This document shows positions 1 to 10,100 of a DNA stretch of 64,000 bases, piece by piece; position 1 is the first letter of the stretch, and each line of letters starts with the position of its first letter. A program made the position numbers and the translations under genes. The notes beneath the pieces are model-generated. The model saw only the letters and a list, made by a program, of their open reading frames with translations. It searched no databases and was not told the DNA's origin. Source of the stretch: a virus (taxonomy: Duplodnaviria > Caudoviricetes); the IMG/VR virus record IMGVR_UViG_3300014836_000320, positions 1 to 64,000 of that record; one strand, given 5' to 3'.

Positions 1-163
1 CAATGTTGTCTTGCAGGAGATCATCTGCTGTGATTCTTGCTAATATCTCTGCATCAAGATTAGTTTGTAAAGTAGTGTCACCAGCAATTCTAGCAAGTTC
101 TTCGGCATCAATGTTGTCTTGCAGGAGATCATCTGCTGTGATTCTTGCTAATATCTCTGCATC
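1..163. repeat. 55-bp perfect direct repeat (1-55 and 109-163), 108-bp period, within the fibre gene
   Basis: caatgttgtcttgcaggagatcatctgctgtgattcttgctaatatctctgcatc occurs twice. Confidence 0.95.
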
Positions 164-598
164 TATATTATTTTGTAATGCAGTATCGGCCGTGGTTCTG
201 TCAAGAATTTCTTGTGTCAGGGCTGTGTTAAGTGAAACTGATAGTGCAGTAATGGCGTCGGTAAGACTGCCATCTGAGTTCTGAAATGCTTGAACAATTT
301 CTGTCAATGAATCCAACGCCACAGGATCAATGTTACTGAGAATGTTATTGATTTGATTCTGCAGATTCTGATCGCCGGCATCTACATAGGTCTTGCTGGT
401 TATTTTATCCCAAACTGAGCCATCAAAGTATTCTGGCTTTGTTGAAGTTTGATCAAAACGAATGTGACCAGCGGCAGCACCCAACGGGCGGTCTGTTTCA
501 GCACCCGCTGGTAATGCTAAAGCCCCAGTGGCATCTATTGCTAGAACACCACTGTCAGGCTTTAAACTCTCTGTAGAGTGATTGGTTTGGATTGCCAT
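1..598 (-). CDS. Tail-fibre-like coiled-coil virion protein, partial (runs off the left edge; absent from the ORF track)
   Basis: Manual translation from ATG at 598: MAIQTNHSTESLKPDSGVLAIDATGALALPAGAETDRP...GHIRFD...EYFDGSVW (fibre-type motif), then 18-aa repeats AEILARITADDLLQDNID; frame open to base 1. Confidence 0.8.
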   Translation of the reverse strand, partial: MAIQTNHSTESLKPDSGVLAIDATGALALPAGAETDRPLGAAAGHIRFDQTSTKPEYFDGSVWDKITSKTYVDAGDQNLQNQINNILSNIDPVALDSLTEIVQAFQNSDGSLTDAITALSVSLNTALTQEILDRTTADTALQNNIDAEILARITADDLLQDNIDAEELARIAGDTTLQTNLDAEILARITADDLLQDNI

Positions 599-603
599 TA
601 TGT

Positions 604-1053
604 TTAAGTCTTGCTCTCAAGTTTTTCTTTAGTTCTACCATAGGCAGCGATACCAAGCACAGCACCCATGGCCACGTGGTAAAGTCCAGCGCCTTGCAAT
701 GTTAATGGTTGCCATTGCATTGATACTTGTCCTTGTCCTAATGCTTGAACAATTGACCAAAGCACAGGAGCAAGAATAAAGTCAAATGTGCAGGTTGCCA
801 TATACATCCAACCCATCATCGGACGCCATTTCTTGTTGACCCAATCTTGTGCGTCTTTGTCTAGTTCTACTTTGGTATCTGCACCGCCGGCTGTGGTAAC
901 AGCGGCCGCATCGGCTGTGGCTTTAACACTGGCGGCATAATCAATGTTGACAGTTGTGCCACCCAAACTTGGTGAATTTGCTAGTTTTTGTGCGGCTGCG
1001 GCACTGACAGGATTCTGAAATCCATCGTTGTTGTATTCTTCTAACTTTGGCAT
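604..1053 (-). CDS. 3TM holin-like membrane protein
   Basis: WRPMMGW motif plus hydrophobic segments ending GRTKEK, as in the GTA-type 3TM holin family; TAAATA late motif at 1075-1080. Confidence 0.6.
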   Translation of the reverse strand: MPKLEEYNNDGFQNPVSAAAAQKLANSPSLGGTTVNIDYAASVKATADAAAVTTAGGADTKVELDKDAQDWVNKKWRPMMGWMYMATCTFDFILAPVLWSIVQALGQGQVSMQWQPLTLQGAGLYHVAMGAVLGIAAYGRTKEKLESKT

Positions 1054-1084
1054 AGTGAGCCTCCTTCTTGGCTCTATTTACCGG

Positions 1085-1336
1085 TTAGAGTTTATTTTGA
1101 TCCTGGCTTGGATCTTTGCTAAACTTTTTCCACAGGCGTTGTTGGAAACGTGATATAGGGTCTTGGCCTCCTTCAACTTCTAGCCATTTATCAACAGGAC
1201 AACGAGTATTTGCCCAAGTAATTTTTAGACTGACCAAACAACCACATATGGTGCATTGTTTAACTGATCGTCTATAGTGCTCGCAACTGTGGCAGATTTC
1301 TACACGTTTTAATCTATCTTGTATTGATGCTAACAT
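1085..1336 (-). CDS. Small Cys-rich protein (DUF6171-like), probable metal binding
   Basis: CHSC..QCTICGC..CPVDKW; start moved to ATG 1336 because the track start overlaps the terminator and a TAAGTA motif lies at 1342-1347. Confidence 0.7.
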   Translation of the reverse strand: MLASIQDRLKRVEICHSCEHYRRSVKQCTICGCLVSLKITWANTRCPVDKWLEVEGGQDPISRFQQRLWKKFSKDPSQDQNKL

Positions 1337-1352
1337 AGGCATACTTATAGTC

Positions 1353-1385
1353 AAAAAAATAGGGCTAGTTGCCTAGCCCTATTTT
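1353..1385 (-). terminator. Rho-independent terminator after the major capsid gene
   Basis: 13-bp stem aaaatagggctag/ctagccctatttt, 4-nt loop, T tract on the minus strand. Confidence 0.85.
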
Positions 1386-1408
1386 GCACGTTTTCTTCTA
1401 ATCTAAGA

Positions 1409-2608
1409 TTAGATGAATGACAATGCTGATGTGTCGATTGCGATGTTGTTAACGTAATCGGCAGCGTTACCCAAAGAACTTGCAGAATTTGAAAGTTCCA
1501 CATAGCCGTAACGTGTCATGAATGACACAGTTGGCTCAAATGTTGCTGGGTCAAGGATAACACCACTGCTCATCAAAGGAATGTATGGGCAGTAGAATGC
1601 TGGTGCATCCATTTCGTTGGCACCCTTGTAACCGATCAGAACAGGCACATCGTCACCAGCGTAGTGGTTAACGTATACACGAACTGAACTGTTCAATGTT
1701 CCAACAAACTTGGTGTTGGTTGGTGCTTCGAAAGTGCCTTCTGTTGTGCGAGCAAATGCTGAAGTTGTCGCTGACTGAAGGATTGTCAATGCTGTTGGGC
1801 TAACAACGATGTAGTTACCAGCACCACGACGTGTGCGAGTAGCGATGTCGTTGGCAGCGCGGTTGATCAACACAGCAAGAGCGGCGTGTTGGTCACCAAC
1901 GAATGATGCCTGGCCTGATACGCCTGACTGGTCGTATGTGGCAAATGCTGAACCAGAAAGATTCAACAATGACTCGATGATCTCTTGGTCGATTTCAGCA
2001 GTGATTTCCTGAGCAAGTGCGGCCATGATTTCTGCCTCAACGTCAACGCCATGGATGGCTTGTGCGTCTTGAGCGGCTTCAAATGTCCAACGTGCTGACA
2101 ATTTACGGCTCTTGGCTTCAACTGTCTCTTTCAGGATCTGGATGCTCATCTTAGCACCGCCTGTGCCTTCTTTGGTTGCTGTAGTATCGGCTTGGCCTGC
2201 GCTGTTACCTGAATACTGTGTAGCAATCTTGAATGGGCTTAGGGCCTCGTCGCCGGCTGTTACAGCGGCACCAACTACGCCACGAGCGTTAGAAGCGGCT
2301 GAAGCGGCTTCTGCGTAACGAACGCGGAGAGTATGGATTTGGCTAACTGGACCTTGCATTGGCTGAACACCAACTAGTTCGTTAGCAATGGTTGTTGGCA
2401 TTACACGGCGGATAACTGGAAGGATAACCTTGTTAAGAACGCTGATGTTGCCTGATGCTGTTGCACCTGAAGTTGCAGTTTCTGTCAAATACTTCTTTGT
2501 ATTCTCCAAGCAAACTTCCATTGTTGTTTTCTTCTGTCCGCTAAGACCTTCGGTAAGGGCTTCCTTGGTTGCGGCCCAGTTCTTTGATTCAAATAATGCT
2601 TGTGACAT
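1409..2608 (-). CDS. gp23: Major capsid protein, T4 gp23-like
   Basis: LPVIRRVMP, GVQPMQGP, AKSRKLSARWTFEAAQD, FYCPYIPL, MTRYG motifs. Confidence 0.97.
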   Translation of the reverse strand: MSQALFESKNWAATKEALTEGLSGQKKTTMEVCLENTKKYLTETATSGATASGNISVLNKVILPVIRRVMPTTIANELVGVQPMQGPVSQIHTLRVRYAEAASAASNARGVVGAAVTAGDEALSPFKIATQYSGNSAGQADTTATKEGTGGAKMSIQILKETVEAKSRKLSARWTFEAAQDAQAIHGVDVEAEIMAALAQEITAEIDQEIIESLLNLSGSAFATYDQSGVSGQASFVGDQHAALAVLINRAANDIATRTRRGAGNYIVVSPTALTILQSATTSAFARTTEGTFEAPTNTKFVGTLNSSVRVYVNHYAGDDVPVLIGYKGANEMDAPAFYCPYIPLMSSGVILDPATFEPTVSFMTRYGYVELSNSASSLGNAADYVNNIAIDTSALSFI

Positions 2609-2622
2609 TTGTATGTCTCCTA

Positions 2623-3735
2623 TTATCTTTGAATACCAGCCAACTTGCGTAGTTGTTGAATAGTTGCTGTTTCTTCTGAAACGACTGATTCAACTGCAGG
2701 GGCTGATTTATCTCCTGTAACCACAGTCTTCTGTGATTGGACTCCCTCAACGAGTGTTTTCTTGTCTCTGCGGACCTCTTCGTTAAGAACTGATGGCAGG
2801 TATTTCTGGAATTGATCTTTGAGTTTGGCAGTTTCAGTGCTCTCAAGCAACTCTTCCATGATGTTACGCTTGTCTTTAGACAAAGGCGCACACAAATCCT
2901 GCATGACACGATTGCGAGCCATCTGGTCTTCCGCGATGCGCTGACGACGGCTTGCTTCGGTAATTTCTGATTGTTTAGATTCAATGATTTTTTGTGATTC
3001 TTCTAATTGAGCCTTGATAGTTTTAATTTGACTGTTTAGTTGACTTACTGCTGTTCCATCAGCAAACTTGCTGGCCATAAACTCTGCGGCAAACGCTTCC
3101 ATGATCTTACGACCAAAGTTGTTTTCTTTGGCTTCACGGATGTCTTCCTTGAGTTGGCTCATTTCCTTCTTGAAAGTTTCAGCAACAAGTGTATTAACTT
3201 TTTCGCTGGCCTTCTTGATGAATGTTGAGCGGGCTTCTTCAATTGCCTTACGGCCTTCTGCTACGAGTTTAACTCGAGCATCCACAAGTTGTTTGTGGTC
3301 TTCATGCAACTCTGACAATTCAGAAGTAAGTTTACGAAGTGCAAACTCTTCCAAACGGCCTAAGTTATCTTGTTGTGTTTGACGATCAGATTTAAGTTCT
3401 GCTACTTCTTTGGCCAGTGTTTCCATAACGAAACGCTGTAGAAGTTCAGCATCTTCTTTAATCTTAGCGGCATACTTTACACGTTGACTGATAGCGTCTT
3501 CGTGTATCTTTTTAAATTCGGAACTGGCTCCGGTGATGGTGTCGTTAATAAGTTTATCCATCGCTTCAACCAATTGACCTTTGTCATGCTCGTAGCGTGA
3601 AGCAAATTCTTCGCGGAGTTCTGCGGTAATTTCTTCACGACTTTCAGCAATATGCTTTTCCCAAGCGGCGTTGATATTCTCACGCACCTCTTCAGAAAGA
3701 ACCACTGAGCCGAGCAATTCTGTTAAGTTACTCAT
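2623..3735 (-). CDS. Prohead scaffolding/core protein (gp22-like)
   Basis: Long charged coiled-coil protein between protease and capsid genes. Confidence 0.8.
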   Translation of the reverse strand: MSNLTELLGSVVLSEEVRENINAAWEKHIAESREEITAELREEFASRYEHDKGQLVEAMDKLINDTITGASSEFKKIHEDAISQRVKYAAKIKEDAELLQRFVMETLAKEVAELKSDRQTQQDNLGRLEEFALRKLTSELSELHEDHKQLVDARVKLVAEGRKAIEEARSTFIKKASEKVNTLVAETFKKEMSQLKEDIREAKENNFGRKIMEAFAAEFMASKFADGTAVSQLNSQIKTIKAQLEESQKIIESKQSEITEASRRQRIAEDQMARNRVMQDLCAPLSKDKRNIMEELLESTETAKLKDQFQKYLPSVLNEEVRRDKKTLVEGVQSQKTVVTGDKSAPAVESVVSEETATIQQLRKLAGIQR

Positions 3736-3745
3736 TTGTGTCTCC

Positions 3746-4384
3746 TCAGACTTTCTTCAGATTCTGAATGAATCTAGTCACCTCTGTTGCAAGGTGCTTT
3801 TGTGCGGACCTATCGTAGGTCGCCGCAAGGGCCACATCCATAAGGGCGGCTCGTCTGCGATCTAGCATCACACGTTCGTAAATTGGTGTTGGATATGCAT
3901 CAGGAGCACTGGGTTGTGCAACAACGTCAACAGTAACAATTTCAAAATCTGAAACTCTACCATTGGCGCCTACGTTGCCTGAACCACGGCTGCTGACACC
4001 TAACTTGACACCACTTTCTAGTAGTGTGCGGATGATGTTACCCATGGGTGTTGGAATAATTTTTAGTTTTCCATATCCATCGGCACCATCTACCCACATT
4101 TCTGTGACCATATGACTTACACGATCAATATTGACTTGTAGATCATCTGGATGGTCGGCTTCTCCTAGCACGGAGTAGCCTTGCTCTAGTCGTGACTTGA
4201 TGCTCTCTACTGCTCGGGCAATTTCGCTGCCAGGGTAAACACGTTGATTGTGGTTTACCTTGTCACCTTGAATGAAAATGCCTTTCATGTAGAGATCCTT
4301 ACCGCCATTGGCTGTCTCTTTGGCTTCAACCGTCATTTGTGCTTGATCGAAACTTAGACGTTCACGTAATGGCTGTAAGTTCAT
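3746..4384 (-). CDS. gp21: Prohead maturation protease, gp21-like
   Basis: GIFIQG..NHNQRVY, LGEADHP, GVSSRGSG, DVVAQPSAPDA motifs. Confidence 0.95.
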   Translation of the reverse strand: MNLQPLRERLSFDQAQMTVEAKETANGGKDLYMKGIFIQGDKVNHNQRVYPGSEIARAVESIKSRLEQGYSVLGEADHPDDLQVNIDRVSHMVTEMWVDGADGYGKLKIIPTPMGNIIRTLLESGVKLGVSSRGSGNVGANGRVSDFEIVTVDVVAQPSAPDAYPTPIYERVMLDRRRAALMDVALAATYDRSAQKHLATEVTRFIQNLKKV

Positions 4385-4388
4385 CGTA

Positions 4389-5084
4389 TTAGCCCTTTGG
4401 TGTTGCTACTTTACTGAGGGCAGGCTTAGTTGTTCCACCTAGGTCTTGCGCCTTGGGTGCTGTTCCACCTGTTTCGTTACCACCACCAAATTTGGTAGCA
4501 GGACGGCTCATCATTGGATTCTTGCCAGCAACTGGACTGTTCTTTTGGTCAGCCTTGTCGCCGTTGTCAGGTGAAGATACTTTTTCTAGTTCTGCTGACT
4601 CTTCAATACTTTCTTTTGGTGCTTCTGCATCTGCATCTGCTGGCATTGCATCGCCTGCTTCTGCACCTGCATCAGCGGCACCACCAGTAACCATTTCTTC
4701 AAACTCAGACTTGAGTTTAGCCAATGCTGACTCAACGTCCATCATGGCGTCAGCAACATCTGCGGCATCGCCGGCTACGGGTTCTGTTGTGGGTTCTGCG
4801 TTCAATGCACCTGCTACATCTGCTGTAGCGGCTCCATCTGGTGTAGCAGTGGGGTCTAGTGCCTCATCGTCACCTTCTTCAGTTAAGTCTGATTCGACTT
4901 CATCAACTGCGTCAGTTACGTCTTCGAGGGCTTGTTCGTCTTCTAAGTTGATATCGTCAGCCATAATGTCTTCATAGACTTTGCGGCCGATGCCAACGTA
5001 GTAATCATGTAGGAGTCCAGCGGCTTTATCTTCCTCTCTATTCAAGAGGTGTTCAAGCGCCTGCTCTAATACGGTTTTACTCAT
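4389..5084 (-). CDS. Acidic prohead core protein
   Basis: Asp/Glu/Ala-rich protein between portal and protease genes; SD AAGGAG upstream. Confidence 0.65.
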   Translation of the reverse strand: MSKTVLEQALEHLLNREEDKAAGLLHDYYVGIGRKVYEDIMADDINLEDEQALEDVTDAVDEVESDLTEEGDDEALDPTATPDGAATADVAGALNAEPTTEPVAGDAADVADAMMDVESALAKLKSEFEEMVTGGAADAGAEAGDAMPADADAEAPKESIEESAELEKVSSPDNGDKADQKNSPVAGKNPMMSRPATKFGGGNETGGTAPKAQDLGGTTKPALSKVATPKG

Positions 5085-5088
5085 TATT

Positions 5089-5172
5089 CGTTCTCCTTTG
5101 CGCGAAGGCGGTTTTTCACCAAAAACTACTTACAAATGGCGCAAGGGAACGGAGGGGATATGGTGGAAAAAC
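5089..5172 (-). promoter_or_regulatory. Late promoter (TAAGTA 5127-5132) inside an RBS-occluding stem
   Basis: 5139-5151 pairs with 5089-5103 (13 bp, 2 bulges, covers the SD); 5161-5172 pairs with 5111-5121. Confidence 0.6.
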
Positions 5173-5212
5173 TGCGTTTTTTTACGCAATTATGACACCG
5201 CTAATAACTAGA

Positions 5213-5422
5213 TCACGCCATGGGCGCGGGTCTAGCATACATTTTTTTGACTAATTCTAACCGACTTTTGGTTTCGTATTCACGCAATTCACGCAATTTA
5301 CGCAGACGATTCACATGCTCTAGTGTAAGCCTGTGTCTGCGTAAATCAGAATAAAATGCTACTTCTGGATCTTCTTCGATCTCAATTTCATTCTGATGCT
5401 GTAGAATATCGTTGAATCTCAT
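5213..5422 (-). CDS. Small hypothetical head-module protein
   Basis: 69-aa ORF collinear with portal; TAAGTA 5 nt before ATG. Confidence 0.75.
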   Translation of the reverse strand: MRFNDILQHQNEIEIEEDPEVAFYSDLRRHRLTLEHVNRLRKLRELREYETKSRLELVKKMYARPAPMA

Positions 5423-5430
5423 GGATCTAC

Positions 5431-7113
5431 TTATGCTCCGGGTGCAGTTGGTTCTGTTGGTGCAGAACCAGAAATTGGGCTTTCAGCGCCGGCATCTGTG
5501 GGTGCCGCAGTGGCATCACCTGTGGCCGGAACTGCTCCATCAAGGTCACCGGCTAGACTCATGTCGGCTTCGCCTGGTGCGGCAGCACCAATGTCACCAA
5601 AATCACTGCCTGTTGGCTGTGTGGTTCCTTGATTTTCTTCTTCCCATAGGCGTTCATTTTCAAGGATTTCGTCTTCAGTCAAGCCCAAGAACTTCTGTAG
5701 TTTGAATCTATGTGCTAGATATGGAACTTCAGCCAACTGTGTAAACACAGCGGCTCTGGCGTTGTTGACTTCAATTTGGCGATAGTCGCTGAAGTTTTGT
5801 GGCTCCAACATGTCAATGTCAAAACTTGAAGCATCAATGTTAACGCCGCGATGTTTAATAAAAGTCTTAAACTCTTTGTCTAGATATGGAGCAATCAATC
5901 CCTGCAATCTACGGCAATATCTGTTGAAACGATATTCTTGAATCAGTGCTGTGCCAACTCGTCCGTCAGTAAAAGCAATGGCAGAATCGTCAGGTCCGGT
6001 AGGCATGTAACTGCTGGGAATACGTAGACCGCGCAACAGTTTATTGGTAAAGAACTTGAGATCATCAATTTCGCCTAAGTTTGTGCCGCCTGGCAGAACT
6101 TCAACCTTTGAACCACGACCATCAGCAGTTTGAGCAAAGAAGAAGTCTTCCATGATGCTCAATGGATTATAACTGGCATCTAAGGCTGTGCCGCCACCTG
6201 CGCGAGTTGGAATACGGCGCTGATGGATTTCGTTTTTTACACGTTCCACAAAACTCATGGCCTGGTGTGCAGGCAAGTTGCCGGTGTCAATATAGAACAC
6301 ACGACGCTCTGGAGCACGTTGCACACGATAGATAATGATAGCATCTTCAAGCAGTTCTTTTTGCTTGTAGATTTTGAACACGCTGTCCAAGATACTGGCA
6401 CCAAATGGCCAGTTAGCATCAAGACCTTCGCTGAGACTCATGTGAATCACATGCTTGGAATCAATGGCTACTTCTGTGCCGTTGTTGCCTGTTTTTTGTG
6501 TGGAATTGGAAATTGTAAAACTGTTGTTAGGACCAGTGGTCACTGCATTGGCCATGGTCTGAACATTTTCAATAGGCTTGGTAGCAACCTTGGTAGCAAA
6601 GTTTGGATGCAAGTTTGAAATCACATACTGTTCAACTGCACGACCTTCGGCTTCGTTGATCACTGCACGTTTGACATCTCCAGGATTTACCCAATACAGT
6701 TCAAAGGTTTCAGGATCACGTAAGAAAAAGTGATCTCCATACTTGATGGCAGATCTAAATGTTCTAAAAACCTTTTGATCCCATTTGTTGATTGCACACC
6801 ACTTTTTCAGTGTTTCGGCAATGACTTTGCTTTCGCTTTCTGTAGGATCTGATTTCCACTTGACTTCAAATGGTAAATTGGTTTCTGCTTCGCTTTGTGT
6901 GCAGAATTCAGAAATAGTGTCTAGTGCGGCATTGATTTCAGAATCCTGATCCATTTGATCATACTGAGTGTAACGCTCAACACGGTTGGGCTGACCTGTG
7001 TAGACATCCTGCAACCAACTGGCAAACTTCGCTGAACTGCCAGCCGAACGTTGACCATTGTTGGTCTGTTCTGCTTGTGGATCCCAAATTTTAAAATGCT
7101 TACGCCATGACAT
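5431..7113 (-). CDS. gp20: Portal protein, T4 gp20-like
   Basis: LEDAIIIYRVQRAPERRVFYIDTGNLP, EDFFF..GRGSKVEVLPGG, LRIPSSY motifs. Confidence 0.97.
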   Translation of the reverse strand: MSWRKHFKIWDPQAEQTNNGQRSAGSSAKFASWLQDVYTGQPNRVERYTQYDQMDQDSEINAALDTISEFCTQSEAETNLPFEVKWKSDPTESESKVIAETLKKWCAINKWDQKVFRTFRSAIKYGDHFFLRDPETFELYWVNPGDVKRAVINEAEGRAVEQYVISNLHPNFATKVATKPIENVQTMANAVTTGPNNSFTISNSTQKTGNNGTEVAIDSKHVIHMSLSEGLDANWPFGASILDSVFKIYKQKELLEDAIIIYRVQRAPERRVFYIDTGNLPAHQAMSFVERVKNEIHQRRIPTRAGGGTALDASYNPLSIMEDFFFAQTADGRGSKVEVLPGGTNLGEIDDLKFFTNKLLRGLRIPSSYMPTGPDDSAIAFTDGRVGTALIQEYRFNRYCRRLQGLIAPYLDKEFKTFIKHRGVNIDASSFDIDMLEPQNFSDYRQIEVNNARAAVFTQLAEVPYLAHRFKLQKFLGLTEDEILENERLWEEENQGTTQPTGSDFGDIGAAAPGEADMSLAGDLDGAVPATGDATAAPTDAGAESPISGSAPTEPTAPGA

Positions 7114-7136
7114 AGTGGACTACTTACCTTAATTCG

Positions 7137-10100
7137 TTAACCTAGCCTTACCGGAGAGACTCCGCTGTCCGGTCTAGTATTGCCTCTAATGGCATTGATA
7201 TCCGTGGCAATGTTGCTTAGAAGGCTTAAAATTGCACGGGATGCCGGGCTGTCTTCTTGGCCCAATGGATTATTTTGTGCCAACTGTTGAATCTGTGTAT
7301 TGGCTGTATCTGTGGGAGTCAACAATGCTGAAACTTGTTCTGTAGGATTGATTGCTGTTTGAATTGGTTGTGCTGTCCTTGGATTTACACCCATTGGACT
7401 TTGTCTTATACCTTGAAACTTTCTGATATCATCTTGAGTTACAGTTTTCAATGACTCCATGACTCTTTGCAGATGGTCGACATTGATCAACTTCAGTGCC
7501 TCAGCAAATGATTTCAGTCCTGTGCCAAAGTTCAACATGCCTTGACCCATTGATGCAAGATTGTTAAGCCCTGACTCGCGGATCACAGCAAATATTCTAT
7601 GCATTGAATCTGCGCCCACACCCTTGAGAGATGCAAATGCTTCACCAAAATATTTTAGGCCTTGACCAAAATTCTGAATTCCTATACCAAAAGGTGCTAT
7701 ATTGCCAAGTCCAGATTCTCTGATTACAGCAAATATTTTTTGCATCTCTCCTGCACCTACAGCCTTGAGTGATGTAAATCCTTCACCAAAGAATTTTAAT
7801 CCTTCACCAAAATTACGCATGGCTGGACCAATAACACTCAACATTGGTGCAATAGGCGCTAGATCTTCAACTGCACGTTTAATTCTAGTGGTTATATCTG
7901 CGCCAAACAAACTGGCAATGCCGTTGACCAACGAACCCATGATGTTGGCACCAGCGGCAAGGCTGAACGCCAAAACACCTGTGGTTAGATCTTTGAGACC
8001 TGTGGCAACTTCACTGAGTTTTGCTCCGTCAATTTCGTTTACGTCTTTGAGTCCCCAGGCAAAGGCCTTTAATCCTAGACCCATTGCACCCAATGCCAGT
8101 GCAATGCCTCCACCAACAATGGCAACAACACCGGCCAATATCAATGCTCCTTTGAGCACGGCCGGATTACCAAACGCAGAGATAAAGCCTGCAATACCTT
8201 GACCAATGGCTGGCAGTAGTTTGGCGAGGCCTTCGCCAATGCCAGCGGCTAGGCCTGCAATACCTTTGCCTAATCCTTCGCCTACGGATCCTATACCTGA
8301 TCCAATTTTATCCATAACTCCGCCGCCAGCACCACCAGCACCACCAGCACCACCGCGTCGACCTCGGCCACCACCTATTCTTGTTCGACGTCTTGCACCG
8401 GCATCGGGCATGGCTCCACCGCCAATGCCTATCTTTTCCAAGGCTGTTTTAGCAACTCCGCCAATGCCACCACCCAGCATTTTCATTAACGCGGCGCCGG
8501 TCAATGCTGTGGCAATCAGCGCCAATGGTCCACCAACTGCATAGATGGCTGTGATCAAACTTGAAACTGCGCCCTTAAGGCTGTTAATGGCTGTTTCCAG
8601 TTTGTTTAATGATTCAATGTTTCTGGCTTCAGTGGTCATGCCAGCCTGACGATTTTTTTCAGCATCTTGTTCAGCCTGCTGTCTAACTCTTGGATCTAGA
8701 TTGCTTAAAAATCTGTTGATATCTTCACGTGTTCTTGAAATGCCTGTGTTGTCGATACCTTCTCTTACACCTTCGTATGCACCTGCAATACGTTGTAGAT
8801 TGCCTTGCTCTTGTAGTGCTTTGGCTAAATTTTCTGCATTGGCCCCGCCTTGCATTTGGTTGGCCTGCTCTCTGGCACTACCCAAAGCCATGACTGATTG
8901 ACGTTGTGCGGCATTTAAACCTTCAACTGCTACAGCATCGCCAGTTCTACCTTGTGCCAATGCACCTGAAATTCTTTCTTTCTGATCTTGACTCAGTGAA
9001 TCGCCAAACAAACTTTCAACACTGGCAATCATTCCTTGTGCTTCGGCACCCAGACCTCGTCGTGCCAGGGTTCTACCCGAAGTTGATCTGTTGAAGTTTT
9101 CAATGGCTTTTAACAAAGCCTTGGAACTGATACCAAAGGTGTTGCTGAGTTCTCTGGCAGATACCACTGTCCTTGAATACTGATCAACCAACATGCGCTG
9201 TGCGTCAACTTCATTCTTGGCAGTCATACGCACCTGCGTCATGATTGACGCTTGTAGATTTGCACGTTCTTCGTCGGTCATGCCCAAGGCAGCGGCAGCA
9301 TTAGCGGCTCTGTCAAAGGCTTTGACTGTGTCAGCACCTAGTTCTTTTCTCAATGATCTACTGAGTTGTCCGCTACCAGATTTAAGACCACGCGAAAGAT
9401 CTGCCAAACGATCCACGGCTTCTTCTGTGGTGCGTCCAAAAAACTTAAATGAATTTTCGCTTTCGTTGATTACTCTAGAAAAGTTTTCGCCAAGGCCGCT
9501 GTAGAGCATGCGCGAAGTGTAAAAACCTGCTCTCAATGCTCTTAGGTCAATGGCACCTGCCACACCCTGTGCATTTTTAGCAAACTCCTGCATGGTAGTA
9601 AGTGTAAACGACAACGCACCCACTACTATTCCAGCAAAGGACGCAAATTTGTTACCAGCCTCGGCGGCTTGGTTTAGCCCGCCTTGTAATCCACCCAGTG
9701 CTTGCCCTAGGGTTCCACGACCCATCAACATTTCTTTGGCAAATTCACCTGTGCTCTTGATTGCCTCTTTGTTGGCCCTGGCCAACTGTTCGGCTTTCCA
9801 CTTGGCTTCGTTTTCGGCCTCTGTGCGATCTTTAGTGGCCTTGGTGCTGTCATCAATGGCCTTGCTTGAAATGCCCAATGCCTTTTCAAACTCTTGTTGC
9901 TCTTTGGTCAACGCACGACCTGCGGCTCTAGCGGCCGCAATTTGGTCTAGCATGACCCGGCTTAGTTTTTCACCGTTTTTGGAAATCTTTTTGGCCACAT
10001 CGTCCAACGGGTTACCCGTTGACCCGCTGGACCCGCCAGGTTTGCCGCCGCGAGCGCCACCACTGCCGCCACCACTGTTGATTCCACGCCCAAGATTGTT

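Noticed and set aside
3-284. 93-aa plus-strand ORF with an internal repeat
   Set aside because: Antisense to the real fibre gene 1-598 on the minus strand
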